DNA from: Marinicella sp. | GTDB taxonomy: Bacteria; Pseudomonadota; Gammaproteobacteria; Xanthomonadales; Marinicellaceae | Length of the DNA stretch: 64,000 nucleotides | NCBI GenBank assembly: GCA_965230295.1 | Contig: OZ246001.1 | Coordinates: forward strand, 3,904,001 to 3,968,000 | Direction of reading: 5' to 3' | Shown: positions 20,883 to 35,459 of the stretch, one piece after another | Position numbering within the stretch: the first letter of the stretch is position 1 | Layout: every line of letters starts with the position of its first letter | The notes under the pieces: model-generated | What the model was told of the DNA's origin: nothing | The model's database searches: none | Seen by the model: only the letters and a program-made list of their open reading frames with translations | Position numbers and translations under genes: made by a program

Positions 20883-21370
20883 TATCTGTACTTCGCATCT
20901 TGTTGTTTGGTTTTGGCAATTTGTTCTTCATACATATCACCAATGGCCAAAAGTTGTTCTTTGGTCATGACATTTTTCCCCATCGATTCAAAATGGTATT
21001 CATGGATATCGGTTTCAACAATTGAATCCACAGGACATGACTCTTCACAGAAACCACAGTAAATACACTTGAATAGGTCAATCTCATATTTTGTGGTTCG
21101 TCTTGATCCGTCTTCTCTGACATCAGAATCAATGGTGATGGCAGCAGCAGGACAAACCGCTTCACATAATTTGCAAGCAATACAACGCTCTTCTCCATTA
21201 GGATAACGTCGCAATGCGTGTAAGCCTCTGAAACGAGGTGACTTAGGCGTCTTCTCCTCGGGATATCTGACTGTGAATTTTCTTTTGAAGAAATATTTTT
21301 GAGTCAGCATCAAACCCTTGCGGATTTCATTCAGAGTTAAACTTTTTAAATACCTTACAATTTTAGTCAT
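20882..21370 (-). CDS. nuoI: NADH-quinone oxidoreductase subunit I
   Basis: Two 4Fe-4S motifs, [12 protein letters not shown] and [12 protein letters not shown]. Confidence 0.98.
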   Translation of the reverse strand: MTKIVRYLKSLTLNEIRKGLMLTQKYFFKRKFTVRYPEEKTPKSPRFRGLHALRRYPNGEERCIACKLCEAVCPAAAITIDSDVREDGSRRTTKYEIDLFKCIYCGFCEESCPVDSIVETDIHEYHFESMGKNVMTKEQLLAIGDMYEEQIAKTKQQDAKYR

Positions 21371-21387
21371 TTCATATCTCTAAACGA

Positions 21388-22401
21388 TCAATTCCACCAT
21401 GGACCGACGTGGTAGACTTTCAAGACAGCCACGACCATGATCCACACAATGGTGATAGGAATAAATACTTTCCAACCCAATCTCATGATTTGGTCATAGC
21501 GGTATCTGGGTAATGATGCACGTAACCAAAAGTATGCATACAAGAAAATAGAGGTTTTGGCTAAAAACCATACAATGCTGGGCTGGGCAATCCAGCTGTC
21601 ACCGGTAAATGGAGAATACCAACCACCCAAAAACATCAAGGCAGTCAGTGCTGAAATGATGATCATGTTGGCGTATTCGCCCAAAAAGAACAGTGCAAAT
21701 GCTGCGCCTGAATATTCCACATGGAAGCCTGCAACAATTTCAGATTCACCTTCAGCGACATCAAATGGCGCCCTATTGGTTTCTGCCACACCAGAGATGT
21801 AATAAATGAGGAACAAGGGTAATAAAGGCCAGATATACCAATTAACGACACCACCCTCTTGAGCCCTGACGATGTCTGACAAGTTGAGCGTACCAGCTGC
21901 AACCAAAACACCCACCAAGGCAAATCCCATGGCTATTTCGTAGGAAACAATTTGTGCCGCTGAACGCAATGCCCCCAATAAGGCATATTTAGAGTTTGAG
22001 GCCCATCCAGCGATGATTACGCCATATACACCCAAGGATGTCATGGCCAAAACATAAACCAAACCTGCATTGATGTCAGCCAGTACCCAACCCTCATCAA
22101 ATGGAACCACCGCCCAGGCAGCAAACGCCGTAGCTAATGTGATCATTGGGGCAATCAGGAACAGAAACTTATTGGCATTTTTAGGGAAAATTATTTCCTT
22201 GGTCAGCAGCTTGAGCACATCCGCAAATGGCTGTAACAAACCTCTGGGCCCAACTCGATTGGGCCCCATCCTGACATGCATGAAGGCGATGACTTTGCGC
22301 TCAAAATAAGTCAGATAGGCAACCGTCAAAATCACACCCAAGACAATGATCAAGATGTAAATCAAGTTATCAAAAATAAGGAAATTCAGTAATTCAATCA
22401 T
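21388..22401 (-). CDS. nuoH: NADH-quinone oxidoreductase subunit H
   Basis: [23 protein letters not shown]. Confidence 0.98.
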   Translation of the reverse strand: MIELLNFLIFDNLIYILIIVLGVILTVAYLTYFERKVIAFMHVRMGPNRVGPRGLLQPFADVLKLLTKEIIFPKNANKFLFLIAPMITLATAFAAWAVVPFDEGWVLADINAGLVYVLAMTSLGVYGVIIAGWASNSKYALLGALRSAAQIVSYEIAMGFALVGVLVAAGTLNLSDIVRAQEGGVVNWYIWPLLPLFLIYYISGVAETNRAPFDVAEGESEIVAGFHVEYSGAAFALFFLGEYANMIIISALTALMFLGGWYSPFTGDSWIAQPSIVWFLAKTSIFLYAYFWLRASLPRYRYDQIMRLGWKVFIPITIVWIMVVAVLKVYHVGPWWN

Positions 22402-24734
22402 GACTGTACTCCAATGATGCCCACATTCAAGTCTGAAGCATCCAGCGATAAACTGGCAGTTCGGCCCATATTGACAACAGCAGATCCTTCGGGCACTTCA
22501 TCTGAAACTGCCAAAGTTAACTCGGCGTAACGGCCATCTTGTTCAACTGAAACCAAGCTACCTGCTTCAAATCCAATTGAGATTAAATCTTTTGAATTAA
22601 CAAAAACGGTGTCAGATGATGCCAAACCGCTGTTTTGTAGTGGGCCAGAACGTCTGACCAATGGATCTGAATCATAAATACCGTTATTGGCAAACAATGC
22701 CAAACCTTTAACGACAGGTTCCTTGATCTGACAGTCTTGATTAACAACGGGTTCTGCTGCCTGGTATTTTTCTGTTTTTGCCATCACATCATTGATGTCT
22801 TCATAGTCAAAATCAGCATAGCCCATTAAATTGCCTAATACGCGCAACACGCGCCAACCTGGCTTGGTTTCACCTGGTGACTTTTGAGCCACTGTCGAGA
22901 CTTGTCGGTGGCCATAATTGTTCACCATGCTACCCGTTACTTCAGGCAACAAGGCAGTGGGCAATATCAAATCAGCTCTAGACTTCATGTTTTCATCACA
23001 ATATGCATTAAAAACAACCGTGAAGTCACTGTTTGTTAAGGTATTTTTAATTGATGCCTGATCTGCAAAGTCTTGCAACTCTGCTTGGTACACAATATTC
23101 ATGCGATGCTCATTGTGCTTGATGTCGCTGCTGGCATGTAAACCGGCCATGAAAGCACCTGAGGCATTGGCACCCGCTTGAACTTCATTCATTTGACCAC
23201 CAGTGACCTGTGCCAACCAGGCAGTGATGCCTTTGATTAAGTTGGCTTGAGGGTGTGATTGACTGATTTGACCAACCACAAACAGGGCTGAAACCTCATC
23301 TTTCAATAACTGTTTGGCCAAATGATTGATGTCTTCATCAGTTTTTTGATTTTTAACCCATTCGCCCAATTCACCTGATGGGAATTTAGACCGGATCTCA
23401 GCCACACTTTTCGCTAAAGAACCTAACTGCTTAACCCAATTGACTTGGTTGCCGGTAAAATCATGCAATAAATCGTAGTTTTGCTCAAAATTCTTAGGCC
23501 CAAATGATGATACGGTGGCTCCAGCAAGCCAAGCTTGCCTGATTTTATGGTTCAATATGGGTTGTTCATGACGAATATGGCCACCTACGATGACAACTTT
23601 TTGTTGACCAGACACTTGGGCAAGCGGCACATCAATCCGAGGTAAGCGATCATGATCTGAAAAGTCTGTGATGTTAATGCGGTGTTCATGTTGTTGACTG
23701 CCTAAATGGTCAAACAACTGCTTCAACAAATGGTACTCCTCGGTTGTTGCATAATTTGAAGTGTATAAAGCAATGTCATCACCATCAAATTTTTTGAACT
23801 GTTCAACCAATGTCGCTAAAGCATCTTCCCAAGAAATTTCACGCCACTGACCATTTTCTTTGATCATAGGATGCATGATGCGATCCTGATCATTGCTTAA
23901 TCCATGGATACCGTATCGATCACGATCTGAGATCCATGCTTCATTCAATGCATCGTTATCTTGTGGTACAGCCCTTAATACATCCCCGTTACGGGTGTGA
24001 TAAAACATGTTTGAACCCACACCATCGTGCATGGAGATGGCAGACGTGGCCATCAACTCCCAAGCACGTGCCTTGTACCTGAATGGCTTATTGGTTAAAG
24101 CACCTACAGGACATAAATCAATCACATTGCCGGACATTTCTGACTTCATTGATTGGCCTACTGCCGTACTGATGTTGGTTCTGTCGCCTCTACCAATACC
24201 GCCCAATTCATCGGTTCCCGCCACTTCATTCAAGAATCGCACGCATCGTGTACAAAGGATACACCTTGTCATGTCCGTCGAGATCAAAGGCCCCAAATTT
24301 TCATCTTTGACCACCCGTTTTGAATCAACATAGCGAGACACATCTCGACCGTATCCCATGGAAACATCTTGTAATTCACATTCACCACCCTGATCGCATA
24401 TAGGGCAATCTAAAGGATGATTGATCAACAAAAACTCCATCACATTGCGTTGTGCATCTGTGGCTCGTTTTGATTGTGTGTAAACTTTCATTCCATCCAT
24501 CACTGGAGTGGCACAAGCAGGTAATGGTTTGGGCGCTTTTTCAACATCAACCATACACATGCGACAGTTGGCGGCTACAGACAGTTTTTTATGGTAACAA
24601 AATCTTGGAATCTTGATGCCTTGTTGATCTGCGGCCTCAATGATCATGCTGCCTTTTTCAGCTTGCACTTCACGACCATCTATCTCGATGGTGACTGTGT
24701 TGGCGTCAGCTACTTGGTTACTGCTATCGGTCAT
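22398..24734 (-). CDS. nuoG: NADH-quinone oxidoreductase subunit G
   Basis: [39 protein letters not shown]. Confidence 0.97.
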   Translation of the reverse strand: MTDSSNQVADANTVTIEIDGREVQAEKGSMIIEAADQQGIKIPRFCYHKKLSVAANCRMCMVDVEKAPKPLPACATPVMDGMKVYTQSKRATDAQRNVMEFLLINHPLDCPICDQGGECELQDVSMGYGRDVSRYVDSKRVVKDENLGPLISTDMTRCILCTRCVRFLNEVAGTDELGGIGRGDRTNISTAVGQSMKSEMSGNVIDLCPVGALTNKPFRYKARAWELMATSAISMHDGVGSNMFYHTRNGDVLRAVPQDNDALNEAWISDRDRYGIHGLSNDQDRIMHPMIKENGQWREISWEDALATLVEQFKKFDGDDIALYTSNYATTEEYHLLKQLFDHLGSQQHEHRINITDFSDHDRLPRIDVPLAQVSGQQKVVIVGGHIRHEQPILNHKIRQAWLAGATVSSFGPKNFEQNYDLLHDFTGNQVNWVKQLGSLAKSVAEIRSKFPSGELGEWVKNQKTDEDINHLAKQLLKDEVSALFVVGQISQSHPQANLIKGITAWLAQVTGGQMNEVQAGANASGAFMAGLHASSDIKHNEHRMNIVYQAELQDFADQASIKNTLTNSDFTVVFNAYCDENMKSRADLILPTALLPEVTGSMVNNYGHRQVSTVAQKSPGETKPGWRVLRVLGNLMGYADFDYEDINDVMAKTEKYQAAEPVVNQDCQIKEPVVKGLALFANNGIYDSDPLVRRSGPLQNSGLASSDTVFVNSKDLISIGFEAGSLVSVEQDGRYAELTLAVSDEVPEGSAVVNMGRTASLSLDASDLNVGIIGVQS

Positions 24735-26008
24735 GAAGTAAACCTCTCATTCATTGATTTTTTGTGTTCCACAAAATATTCAAACTCGTCCCAGTAATAT
24801 TTCAAGATACCTTGCACTGGCCAAGCTGCGGCTTCACCGAAAGCACAAATGGTGTGACCTTCAATTTGCCCAGCGGCCTGTTTCAACATATCAATGTCTT
24901 GACTCTCCCCTTTGCCTTCAAGAATTCTGGTTAATACACGGTACATCCACCCAGTGCCTTCTCTGCATGGTGTGCATTGGCCACATGATTCCATGTAATA
25001 AAAACGTGACAAACGATGACACACTTCAACCATACAGGTTCCTTCAGCCATAACGATGACGGCACCTGATCCCAAACCAGAACCGGCTTGACCAATGGCA
25101 TCAAAATCCATGGTTAAACCCATCATCACTTCTGCCGGCAATACTTTCATTGATGACCCGCCAGGAATAACCGCTTTGAGTTTTTTGCCATCCAGGACAC
25201 CACCGGCCATTTCCAACAAATCGCCAAAAGGGGTGCCCAAAGGAATTTCATAATTTCCAGGTTTATTGACATGACCTGAAACCGAAAAGATTTTAACCCC
25301 GCCATTGTTTGGCTTACCCAATTCTAAAAACCACTCTGCACCATTGCGCATAATCGCTGGAACAGATGCAAAAGATTCGGTGTTGTTGATGGTGGTTGGT
25401 TTACCATAGATTCCGAAGTTAGCCGGGAAAGGTGGTTTGAACCTGGGCTGGCCTTTTTTACCTTCTAAAGATTCCATCAAGGCTGTTTCTTCACCACAGA
25501 TGTATGCACCTGCACCATGTACCGCATAAAGATCAAAATCCACACCTGAATCGTTGATGTTTCGACCCAATAATCCGGCTTCGTAAGCTTCTTTCAATGC
25601 TTCTTCAAAATTCTCGAATGGTTCATGGTGAAATTCGCCACGCAAGTAGTTGTAACCAACAGTTGCCCCCATGGCATATCCACCAATGGCCATCCCTTCA
25701 ATCACTGCATGAGGGTTGTATCTGAGGATGTCACGGTCATGACAGGTACCTGGCTCAGATTCATCTGAATTACACAAAACATATTTTTGGCCTGGTGCAT
25801 CTTTGGGCATGAAGCTCCACTTCAAACCAGTTGGGAATCCAGCCCCGCCTCGGCCACGCAATGCAGAAGCTTTAACGGTATCTATGATTTCATTTTGGTC
25901 GGTTTTTTCAGCCAGAATTTTTTTCCAAGCCTGGTAACCGCCTTTTTCCATGTAGTTTTTGAGTGAATGATCCTTATCAGGATTCAAACAAACGTTCAGT
26001 TGAGCCAT
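24731..26008 (-). CDS. nuoF: NADH-quinone oxidoreductase subunit F
   Basis: [37 protein letters not shown]. Confidence 0.98.
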   Translation of the reverse strand: MAQLNVCLNPDKDHSLKNYMEKGGYQAWKKILAEKTDQNEIIDTVKASALRGRGGAGFPTGLKWSFMPKDAPGQKYVLCNSDESEPGTCHDRDILRYNPHAVIEGMAIGGYAMGATVGYNYLRGEFHHEPFENFEEALKEAYEAGLLGRNINDSGVDFDLYAVHGAGAYICGEETALMESLEGKKGQPRFKPPFPANFGIYGKPTTINNTESFASVPAIMRNGAEWFLELGKPNNGGVKIFSVSGHVNKPGNYEIPLGTPFGDLLEMAGGVLDGKKLKAVIPGGSSMKVLPAEVMMGLTMDFDAIGQAGSGLGSGAVIVMAEGTCMVEVCHRLSRFYYMESCGQCTPCREGTGWMYRVLTRILEGKGESQDIDMLKQAAGQIEGHTICAFGEAAAWPVQGILKYYWDEFEYFVEHKKSMNERFTS

Positions 26009-26532
26009 CAGGACAAACCTCCCAAAAGCTCATCGATCTTGGCTTCTGTTAAATTTTCATGGTAATGACCATTGATGATCATCATGGGTGCACCGGTACA
26101 AGCTGCGACACACTCCTCTTCTTTTACCAAGGTAATTTGACCGTCAGCTGTGGTCTCACCCAACTTGATGCCCAATTTGTTTTCAGCGTACTTAATCACC
26201 TTGTCAGCACCTCTGAGCATGCAAGAAATGTTGTTACAAATGGCCACTTTATTTTTTCCAGCTGGCTTGGTAAAGAACATCGAATAGAAGCTGGCTGCCT
26301 CATAAGCCCACACCGGTGGAATTTCCAGGTATTCAGCCACGGCTTTCATGATTTCCTCACTCAACCAACCATTGTTTTGGTCTTGAGCTGCATGCAATGC
26401 ACCGATCAAAGCTGAACGGCGTTGGTCATGCGGATATTTTGCCAACCATTGGTCAATGTGAGCCCTGGTTTCATCAGTCAGTAGACTCATGGCCAAAGCT
26501 TTGTCTTCATTTTGTGGATTGACTTGATACAT
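26008..26532 (-). CDS. nuoE: NADH-quinone oxidoreductase subunit E
   Basis: 2Fe-2S ligands CNNISC and ECVAAC. Confidence 0.96.
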   Translation of the reverse strand: MYQVNPQNEDKALAMSLLTDETRAHIDQWLAKYPHDQRRSALIGALHAAQDQNNGWLSEEIMKAVAEYLEIPPVWAYEAASFYSMFFTKPAGKNKVAICNNISCMLRGADKVIKYAENKLGIKLGETTADGQITLVKEEECVAACTGAPMMIINGHYHENLTEAKIDELLGGLS

Positions 26533-27785
26533 TATCTATCGATCTCCCCAAATACAATATCCATAGTTCCGATGACTGCCACCACGTCTGCCAACATGTG
26601 TCCTTTAACCATGTCATTCATCGCTGATAAATGTGCAAATCCGGGTGCACGCAACTTCATCCTGAATGGTTTGTTGGAATCATCTGAAATCAAAAATACC
26701 CCAAATTCACCTTTGGGAGCTTCAACAGCGGCATACACTTCACCGGCAGGCACCGTGTACCCCTCTGTAAACAATTTAAAGTGATGAATCATCGACTCCA
26801 TGTCTTCTTTCATCATTTCTCGATCGGGTGGTGCCACTTTGTACTCGTCAACCATGACCGGTCCAGGATTGTTCTTCAACCACTCGACACACTGTTTGAT
26901 GATGCGGGTAGACTGAACCATTTCTTCCATGCGTACCAGGTAACGGTCATAGCAGTCGCCATTGACACCCACAGGAATGTCAAAATCAACTTTGTCATAC
27001 GCAGCATATGTTTGTTTTTTGCGCAGATCCCAAGCCACACCACTGCCACGTAACATGGGCCCCGTAAATCCCCATGCTTTGGCTTGTTCAGGAGACACAA
27101 CCCCAATCCCTACAGTACGTTGCTTCCAAATGCGATTGTCCTGTAATAAAGTGCGGTATTCGTTGATCTTGTTGGGAAAATCATTGGTAAATGCTTCAAT
27201 AAAGTCCAACAAAGAACCTTCTCGCCACTCATTGGCATAAGCCAGGTTTTTACCTTTGGTCCATTTGCTCTCTGCATATTGTGGCATGTGATCAGGTAAA
27301 TCACGATAAACCCCACCTGGACGGTAATAGGTGGCGTGCATCCTGGCACCAGAAACAGCCTCATACATGTCCATACAATGCTCTCTTTCTCGGAAAGCAT
27401 AAAGGAATAATGCCATGGCGCCTAAATCCAAACCATGGGTACCAATCCACATCAGGTGATTCCTGATCCGGGTGATCTCATCAAACATGGTTCTGATGTA
27501 TTGTGCTCGAACGGGGGCTTCAATATTCAACAATTGTTCAATGGCACGCACATAAGCATGTTCATTACACATCATTGAAACGTAATCCAGTCGATCCATA
27601 TAACCGATTGACTGATTAAATGGCTTGGATTCAGCCAGTTTTTCAGTGGCTCGATGCAACAATCCAACATGCGGATCTGCATGTTCAACCACTTCTCCAT
27701 CCAATTCCAATATCAATCGCAACACACCATGGGCTGCTGGATGCTGAGGCCCAAAATTCATGGTGTAATTCTTAATTTCCGACAT
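26532..27785 (-). CDS. nuoD: NADH-quinone oxidoreductase subunit D
   Basis: [24 protein letters not shown]. Confidence 0.98.
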   Translation of the reverse strand: MSEIKNYTMNFGPQHPAAHGVLRLILELDGEVVEHADPHVGLLHRATEKLAESKPFNQSIGYMDRLDYVSMMCNEHAYVRAIEQLLNIEAPVRAQYIRTMFDEITRIRNHLMWIGTHGLDLGAMALFLYAFREREHCMDMYEAVSGARMHATYYRPGGVYRDLPDHMPQYAESKWTKGKNLAYANEWREGSLLDFIEAFTNDFPNKINEYRTLLQDNRIWKQRTVGIGVVSPEQAKAWGFTGPMLRGSGVAWDLRKKQTYAAYDKVDFDIPVGVNGDCYDRYLVRMEEMVQSTRIIKQCVEWLKNNPGPVMVDEYKVAPPDREMMKEDMESMIHHFKLFTEGYTVPAGEVYAAVEAPKGEFGVFLISDDSNKPFRMKLRAPGFAHLSAMNDMVKGHMLADVVAVIGTMDIVFGEIDR

Positions 27786-28498
27786 TATGAAGCCTCCTGG
27801 TCATTCATGTTTTCGACATAACGCGAATCGCGCCTGATGGTCTTAGGGACCAAGACCCGTGGCTCAATGGTAACTGGTTGATACACCACCCGACCTTGAT
27901 CTTCGTCATAGACCACTTCAACATTACCAATCAATGGGAAATCTTTTCTGAATGGATGTCCAATGAAGCCATAATCAGTCAAAATTCGACGTAAGTCAGG
28001 GTGACCCTTAAAGATGATGCCGAATAAATCAAAAGCTTCACGTTCAAACCAATTCACACCAGGCCAAACATCTATCAAAGAAGGCACCATTAACATCCCT
28101 TCATCGGGTGCAAAACATTTGATGGTTAAACGGCGGTTGTGTTTTATGGATAGTAATTGTGCAACGACTGCAAACCGGTTTTTCATGGTTTCTTCACGAC
28201 GTTCATTCCACGAAAAACGCCCAGGTCCTTTACCTTGTATTCCTCGACTGAAACCACTTGAGGTCACATCATCAGTTCGCCACTCACTTTCACCGTAAGT
28301 TAGGTAATCAACACCACAAACATCGATACATTGCTCGAATTGAAAGGTCTCATCATCCCTGAGTTGCTTAGCCACCTCGATCCATGACTCAGTGGGTATG
28401 GTACAAGATACACCGTTGTCTGATTCGTTGATTTCGATCTTAATGTCAGCGAATTTTTCTGACAAATCCTTTGCTAATTTGTATTTGAAATTGCTCAT
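27785..28498 (-). CDS. nuoC: NADH-quinone oxidoreductase subunit C
   Basis: [34 protein letters not shown]; not fused to NuoD. Confidence 0.97.
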   Translation of the reverse strand: MSNFKYKLAKDLSEKFADIKIEINESDNGVSCTIPTESWIEVAKQLRDDETFQFEQCIDVCGVDYLTYGESEWRTDDVTSSGFSRGIQGKGPGRFSWNERREETMKNRFAVVAQLLSIKHNRRLTIKCFAPDEGMLMVPSLIDVWPGVNWFEREAFDLFGIIFKGHPDLRRILTDYGFIGHPFRKDFPLIGNVEVVYDEDQGRVVYQPVTIEPRVLVPKTIRRDSRYVENMNDQEAS

Positions 28499-29007
28499 GA
28501 TGTTCTGGAAATTGTGTTGGTGCGTTTGATTTTTTTCTGCAATTGTAAAATGCCATAAATCAAAGCTTCTGCTGTTGGCGGACAGCCTGGTACATAGACA
28601 TCAACAGGCACAACTTTGTCACAACCACGAACCACAGAATACGAATAATGATAATAACCACCACCATTGGCACAAGAACCCATTGAAATCACATATTTTG
28701 GTTCAGGCATTTGGTCATAAACTTTACGCAATGCAGGCGCCATTTTGTTCACCAAAGTCCCGGCAACAATCATCACATCTGACTGTCTGGGAGAAGGTCT
28801 GAAAATCACTCCGAACCTATCTAAATCGTACCTTGAAGCTCCCGCTTGCATCATCTCTACAGCACAACAAGCCAACCCGAATGTCATGGGCCACAAAGAA
28901 CCCGTTCTGGCACCATTTAACAGCGCATCTACAGTGGTGGTAACAAAACCTTTGTTTTCAAAACCTTGGTCTTCTACCGGTTGAATGATGTTATCAACTA
29001 CTCCCAT
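28495..29007 (-). CDS. nuoB: NADH-quinone oxidoreductase subunit B
   Basis: [25 protein letters not shown]; probable start MGVVD at 29007. Confidence 0.97.
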   Translation of the reverse strand: MGVVDNIIQPVEDQGFENKGFVTTTVDALLNGARTGSLWPMTFGLACCAVEMMQAGASRYDLDRFGVIFRPSPRQSDVMIVAGTLVNKMAPALRKVYDQMPEPKYVISMGSCANGGGYYHYSYSVVRGCDKVVPVDVYVPGCPPTAEALIYGILQLQKKIKRTNTISRTS

Positions 29008-29354
29008 TCTAACGCTCCTTTCTTCCACTCATAGATGAATCCGATGACCAACAAAAGCAGGAAGATAAACATAGAAACCAAGCCAAATGGACCGAGTTCT
29101 TCAAGAACCACAGACCAAGGAAACAAAAAGGCGATTTCTAAATCAAATATAATGAATAAAATGGCAACCAAATAAAACCTGACATCAAATTTCATGTGCG
29201 CATCGTCAAATGCTTCAAACCCGCATTCATAAGCTGAAATTTTTTCATCTGTGGTTTTGCGGGTGCCGAACAGCAAACCCAAGGACATCAAAGCAATGCC
29301 CAAACCAATGGATACTGCCAAGAACATTAAAATTGGAAAGTATGGTGCTATCAT
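28998..29354 (-). CDS. nuoA: NADH-quinone oxidoreductase subunit A
   Basis: [27 protein letters not shown]. Confidence 0.98.
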   Translation of the reverse strand: MIAPYFPILMFLAVSIGLGIALMSLGLLFGTRKTTDEKISAYECGFEAFDDAHMKFDVRFYLVAILFIIFDLEIAFLFPWSVVLEELGPFGLVSMFIFLLLLVIGFIYEWKKGALEWE

Positions 29355-29381
29355 TCAGCCATCCCCTGTTCAATTTAAAAT

Positions 29382-29467
29382 TGGTGCCGAAGGCCGGACT
29401 TGAACCGGCACGACCGAAGGTCACTACCCCCTCAAGATAGCGTGTCTACCAATTCCACCACTTCGGC
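29382..29467 (-). tRNA. tRNA-Leu (anticodon GAG)
   Basis: Reverse complement GCCGAAGTGGTGGAATTGGTAGACACGCTATCTTGAGGGGGTAG...GGTTCAAGTCCGGCCTTCGGCACCA; long variable arm, encoded CCA, classic position after secG. Confidence 0.97.
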
Positions 29468-29685
29468 ACATAAATCAACTCGATCAACTACTTCGAGTTT
29501 AACTACTCAGTCATATTTTTATTGTAATCATGTACTCTGTTCACCTGAATTCTTTCACCTTATCTAGCAAAAGAAGGTCACAGCGCACAAAATTTAATTT
29601 CACTCTATTCGCAACCACACGCAACCTTTTGCGGAAAGTGCGAACTGTAAGCCCCGTATGGAGCTTAATCGGTAACTGTTTTCAG

Positions 29686-30189
29686 TTAGTTACCATCACC
29701 ATCTGAATCAGTTGATTCAGTATCATCTTGTTCAGTTTCTTCAACAACTTCTGGTAATTCTTCGTCAACTTTACTCATCGCAGGCTCGACCGCATCATCA
29801 GTAATTTCTGTTGTGGTGGCCGCATCTGTAACCACATCATTCAAATCAGTTTGAACCTCATCAGTTGGAACCATCACAGGCTCGGCATCCAAATCATCTA
29901 AAGTTCCCATCACTCCCAAATCTTGCTCTGCCTGATCACCAGTAGAAGCAAATTTATTGCTGGCATTGATGGCAATTGTCATGGTAACAATGAAGAATGC
30001 TGTGGCTAAAATCGCAGTGGTTTTGCTCAAAAAAGAAGCTGAACCTTTGGCACCAAAAACAGTTCCTGATGCGCCACTACCAAAAGCAGATCCAGCCGTG
30101 GCACCCGGGCCGCGCTGAATTAAAATAAAAATTATCAAAGCGACCGCTACAATCACTTGAATGATGTTCAAAAAATTAATTTCGCTCAT
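29686..30189 (-). CDS. secG: Preprotein translocase subunit SecG with long acidic C-terminal tail
   Basis: ILIQRGPGATAGSAFGSGASGTVFGAKGS, two TM helices; tpiA-secG-tRNA-Leu synteny. Confidence 0.95.
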   Translation of the reverse strand: MSEINFLNIIQVIVAVALIIFILIQRGPGATAGSAFGSGASGTVFGAKGSASFLSKTTAILATAFFIVTMTIAINASNKFASTGDQAEQDLGVMGTLDDLDAEPVMVPTDEVQTDLNDVVTDAATTTEITDDAVEPAMSKVDEELPEVVEETEQDDTESTDSDGDGN

Positions 30190-30193
30190 TTCT

Positions 30194-30979
30194 TTATACT
30201 CCTTGAGACAACTTGTCAGCTTGTTGACAAATGGCCATAAAATCTTTTGCTGTTAATGAAGCACCTCCAATCAGTCCACCATCAACATCTGGCATCGAAA
30301 ACAGTTCGTATGCATTGGAACCTTTACAACTTCCTCCATAGAGGATGCGGATTCGGCGCGCTATTGTATCATCATTCAATGCCAATTGAGAACGGATAAA
30401 TTCATGAACTTCCTGAGCCTGTTCAGCACTGGCTGTTTCACCTGTTCCAATGGCCCAAACTGGCTCATATGCAACCACTCCCTGGGCCAGTTTTTCAATG
30501 CCTACCAAGTCCAAAACTGACTTGATTTGTTGCCACACCACTTCAAAAGTACTGCCATTTTGTCTTTCAACCAAGGATTCACCCACACACAATATTGGGG
30601 TCAAACCAAACTTCAATGCTTGGGCAAATTTTTTCGCCACTTCTTCATTGCTTTCAGCGTGCATTACACGACGCTCTGAATGCCCGACCAGAACCATCTC
30701 ACAACCCAGATCAGACAACATACTGGCGCTGACTTCTCCGGTCACAGCACCGTCGTCATATTCACTTAAGTTTTGTGCACCACACTGCACTTGACCGGGC
30801 TTGCTGTTGATGACCTCATGCAAGTGTATGTAAACTGGAAACACTGCCACATCATAGGGTGGTTTTTGGGGTAGCATTTTATCCAATCCAGCCATCATTT
30901 CCTTGACGAAGGTCAATGAACCATGCATTTTCCAGTTACCAGCCACTAAAATCCTGCGTTGTAGACTCACATCATTCAT
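30194..30979 (-). CDS. tpiA: Triosephosphate isomerase
   Basis: [32 protein letters not shown]; probable start MNDVS at 30979, overlapping the gyrA stop. Confidence 0.97.
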   Translation of the reverse strand: MNDVSLQRRILVAGNWKMHGSLTFVKEMMAGLDKMLPQKPPYDVAVFPVYIHLHEVINSKPGQVQCGAQNLSEYDDGAVTGEVSASMLSDLGCEMVLVGHSERRVMHAESNEEVAKKFAQALKFGLTPILCVGESLVERQNGSTFEVVWQQIKSVLDLVGIEKLAQGVVAYEPVWAIGTGETASAEQAQEVHEFIRSQLALNDDTIARRIRILYGGSCKGSNAYELFSMPDVDGGLIGGASLTAKDFMAICQQADKLSQGV

Positions 30980-33566
30980 CGCCAGAGCCTTCATCAATCG
31001 ATGTTTCGTCTGCGACAGAGTCTTCACCATCAACCCCTTCTTCGTCTAAATTCACCACTTTGGCAATACTGACCAAGCTTTCTTTATCAGCCAAACGAAT
31101 CAGTGTCACACCTTGGGTGTTTCTTCCAACGGTCGAGATGCCATCAACCGCAGTGCGAACCAAAGTACCACCATTGCTGATCAACATAATCTGGTCATCA
31201 GGCAGCACTTGACAGGCACCAACCACAGCACCATTGCGCTCACTGGTTTGAATGGCAATCACCCCTTGGCCAGATCTTCTTATTTTTGAGAACTCTTCTA
31301 ATTTGGTTTGTTTACCAAAGCCATTTTCGGTACATACCAGAACATTGCCCTCTTCGGCCACAAACATAGAAACCACTTTGTGGTCATCTTTCAAGGTGAT
31401 ACCCCTGACTCCCCGAGCCGTTCGTCCCATTGAACGCACATCATTCTCATCAAAGCGAATGCATTTTCCTGAACTAGAGAACAAAAAGACATCTTGCGAA
31501 CCATTGGTCAATTCAACATTGACCAAATAGTCATCATCCAACAAACCCAAACCAATGATGCCATTCGCACGAGGTCTGGAGAAGTTCGACAAAGGCGTTT
31601 TCTTAACCACACCTTTGGCAGTGGCAAAGAATACAAATTTATCTTCATCGTATTCACGTACAGGCAGAATGGCAGTGATTTTTTCATTTTTATCCAATGG
31701 CAGTAAATTCACCAACGGCTTACCTCTGGCTGTCCTTGACGCCATCGGCAACTCGTACACTTTAAGCCAGTAAACCTGCCCCTGATTACTGAAACACAAT
31801 AAGGTGTCATGGGTGTTGGCAATCCACAGTCGTTCGATGAAATCCTCATTTTTCATGGCAGTGGCAGATTTCCCCTTACCACCACGGGTTTGAGCCCGAT
31901 AGACATCAACTTGTTGCATTTTGGCGTAGCCTTCGTGCGACAGGGTAACCACTACATCTTCTTCAATGATCAAATCTTCCATGGTCAAATGACGCTGGCG
32001 ATTCATGATCACTGTTCTGCGCTCATCACCAAAATTCTCACGAATTTCTTCTAACTCTTCTGTGACCACAGCCATCAAGCGGTCGGGGTTAGTCAAAATC
32101 TCCAGGTATTCTTTGATGTGAACAATGATTTCTTTGAACTCATCAGTGATCTTGTCTTGTTCCAAGCCTGTTAGGCGATGCAACTGCAAATCCAAGATGG
32201 CTTTGGCTTGAACGGGTGATAACTGATAGCCATCTTCAAAAAAGCCGTATTGATCATCCAGGCTTTCCGGGCGGCACAGATGGGCATCGTCATCTAACAA
32301 GGCTTTGATCAATGAAGAATTCCATTTCTTGGCCAGTAATTTTTCACGGGCTTCAGCAGGGTTTTTTGAATTCTTAATCAACTCAATGACTTCTTCAATA
32401 TTGGCCAAAGCAACAGCCAGGCCTTCCAATACATGGGCACGATCTCTGGCTTTTTTCAATTCGAAAATGGTGCGCCTCACCACCACTTCTCGGCGGTGTT
32501 TAACGAACTCAGTCAGTATGTCCATCAGCCCGAGGGTTCGAGGCTGCCCATTAATCAAAGCCACCATGTTAATCCCGAACACCGTCTGCAACTGAGTCAG
32601 CTTATACAATTGGTTCAGTAACACTTCTGCCACTTCACCGCGACGCAATTCAAACACGATACGCATACCGTCTTTATCAGATTCGTCACGCAATCCACTG
32701 ATGCCTTCAATTTTTTTCAACTTAACCAATTCAGCGACTTTTTCGATCAAACGGGCTTTGTTCACCTGGTAAGGCAATTCAGTGACCACAATGGTCTGTT
32801 TCCCAGATGCATCATCGGTTTCAATTTCTGATCTGGCGCGCATGTAGACTTTACCGCGTCCTGTGGCGTAAGATTCCCTGATACCTTCAGCACCATTGAT
32901 AAAAGCTGCCGTTGGAAAGTCAGGGCCTGGTAAATGAACCATCAAATCATCCAGAGTGGCATCTGGGTTCTTGATGAGCTCGATGGTGGCGTTGATGACT
33001 TCGGTTAAATTATGTGGCGGGATATTGGTGGCCATACCCACCGCAATACCCGATGAGCCATTGACCAACAAGGCCGGTACACGAGTAGGTAAGACTTCAG
33101 GCTCAGTGTCAGTTTCATCATAATTGGGGATGAAATCAACTGTATCCTTATCAATGTCGGCCATCATTTCATGAGAAATTTTAGCCATTCTGACTTCGGT
33201 GTATCGCATGGCTGCCGGAGAATCCCCATCAACCGAACCGAAATTACCCTGACCATCAACCAACATATAGCGCATAGAAAACGGTTGCGCCATCCTGACA
33301 ATCGTGTCATAAACGGCGGTATCACCATGGGGGTGGTATTTACCAATCACATCACCAACCACGCGGGCTGATTTCTTGTGGGCTTTGTTCCAGCTAACTC
33401 CCAATACATTCATGGCATACAGTACACGCCTGTGTACTGGTTTAAGACCATCCCTTACGTCTGGCAGTGCCCTGCCAACAATCACACTCATCGAATAATC
33501 GAGGTATGATTTTTGCATTTCATCTTCGATATTTATTTTAATGATATCGCTTGAATTTTCCGCCAT
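30972..33566 (-). CDS. gyrA: DNA gyrase subunit A
   Basis: [24 protein letters not shown] catalytic Tyr, GyrA-box QTRGGKG, acidic tail. Confidence 0.98.
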   Translation of the reverse strand: MAENSSDIIKINIEDEMQKSYLDYSMSVIVGRALPDVRDGLKPVHRRVLYAMNVLGVSWNKAHKKSARVVGDVIGKYHPHGDTAVYDTIVRMAQPFSMRYMLVDGQGNFGSVDGDSPAAMRYTEVRMAKISHEMMADIDKDTVDFIPNYDETDTEPEVLPTRVPALLVNGSSGIAVGMATNIPPHNLTEVINATIELIKNPDATLDDLMVHLPGPDFPTAAFINGAEGIRESYATGRGKVYMRARSEIETDDASGKQTIVVTELPYQVNKARLIEKVAELVKLKKIEGISGLRDESDKDGMRIVFELRRGEVAEVLLNQLYKLTQLQTVFGINMVALINGQPRTLGLMDILTEFVKHRREVVVRRTIFELKKARDRAHVLEGLAVALANIEEVIELIKNSKNPAEAREKLLAKKWNSSLIKALLDDDAHLCRPESLDDQYGFFEDGYQLSPVQAKAILDLQLHRLTGLEQDKITDEFKEIIVHIKEYLEILTNPDRLMAVVTEELEEIRENFGDERRTVIMNRQRHLTMEDLIIEEDVVVTLSHEGYAKMQQVDVYRAQTRGGKGKSATAMKNEDFIERLWIANTHDTLLCFSNQGQVYWLKVYELPMASRTARGKPLVNLLPLDKNEKITAILPVREYDEDKFVFFATAKGVVKKTPLSNFSRPRANGIIGLGLLDDDYLVNVELTNGSQDVFLFSSSGKCIRFDENDVRSMGRTARGVRGITLKDDHKVVSMFVAEEGNVLVCTENGFGKQTKLEEFSKIRRSGQGVIAIQTSERNGAVVGACQVLPDDQIMLISNGGTLVRTAVDGISTVGRNTQGVTLIRLADKESLVSIAKVVNLDEEGVDGEDSVADETSIDEGSGDE

Positions 33567-33776
33567 AAATCAACAGTTACCGCTAGATTAAATAAGCACG
33601 AGATTGTAACACACATGACACCTCCAAAGCGCAAGAAAATCTGGAAATTGCGAATTCAAAGCCCCACAACAGGAAATCCACCTAAAACCATATATTTGTA
33701 GCACTTTGAGAATAAAACGCCTCAGAATTGGCTGAATTAAGCCATTTATGAATTTAAGGCATTAAATTTGATTTGT

Positions 33777-34898
<1,122 letters not shown>

Positions 34899-34927
34899 TT
34901 ATTCTCTGTTCAAATTTCAGCCGCACA

Positions 34928-35416
34928 TTATACCGGCTTGTTATCCAGTTCGGTCAAAAACTCATACAATCCTTCACTGGCCACCTCCAACAGGTCAAGC
35001 ACCAGCTCAAAACCATCTCCGGTCCCATAATAAGGGTCTGGCACTTCATCATAGCCCGTACTGGTTGCAAAACGCATCATAGGAATGACTTTATGCTGTG
35101 CTTGGTCAGGAAACATGCGCTTGAGGTTATGTTGATTCTCAGCATCCATCACCACCAACCAATCGAAGCGATCATAGTCTTCATGAGCCACTTTTCTGGC
35201 TCGTAAATGACCCATTTCGATACCTCTTTTCTTGGCTGCCCGCATAGACCGCCTGTCTGGCTGTGATCCGATGTGGTATGAATGGGTGCCCGCAGAGTCA
35301 ATTTTAAAATCTTGCTTGCGCCCTTTGTTTTTAACCAATTGTGCAAAGACTGCCTCTGCTGAGGGGGATCGACAGATGTTGCCCATACATATAAATAATA
35401 CTTTTTTTACTGACAC
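34928..35416 (-). CDS. Low molecular weight protein-tyrosine phosphatase
   Basis: P-loop CMGNICRS, DSAGT, DPYY. Confidence 0.93.
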   Translation of the reverse strand: MSVKKVLFICMGNICRSPSAEAVFAQLVKNKGRKQDFKIDSAGTHSYHIGSQPDRRSMRAAKKRGIEMGHLRARKVAHEDYDRFDWLVVMDAENQHNLKRMFPDQAQHKVIPMMRFATSTGYDEVPDPYYGTGDGFELVLDLLEVASEGLYEFLTELDNKPV

Positions 35417-35459
35417 GAATTTACCCTACCAATCATTTTGTTTATGATGATGTGATTTA

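Noticed and set aside
28170-28300. Insertion in NuoC ([15 protein letters not shown]...GRFSW)
   Set aside because: Recalled as a common lineage feature of Xanthomonadales/Legionellales-type NuoC; a taxonomic clue rather than a novelty
29210-29440. 76-aa ORF ending LVPKAGLEPARP
   Set aside because: Translation of the antisense strand of nuoA and tRNA-Leu
29355-29467. tRNA-Leu as an integration site for a genomic island
   Set aside because: No integrase or duplicated tRNA 3' end seen; nuoA follows directly
33300-33330. Quinolone-resistance substitution in the GyrA QRDR (HGDTAVYD)
   Set aside because: Thr at the position-83 equivalent with Asp87 is a normal wild-type state, as in Pseudomonas
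33685-33702. NrdR-box-like sequence AACCATATATTTGTAG upstream of gyrA
   Set aside because: Spacing of the conserved C and G positions does not fit the consensus; single copy only
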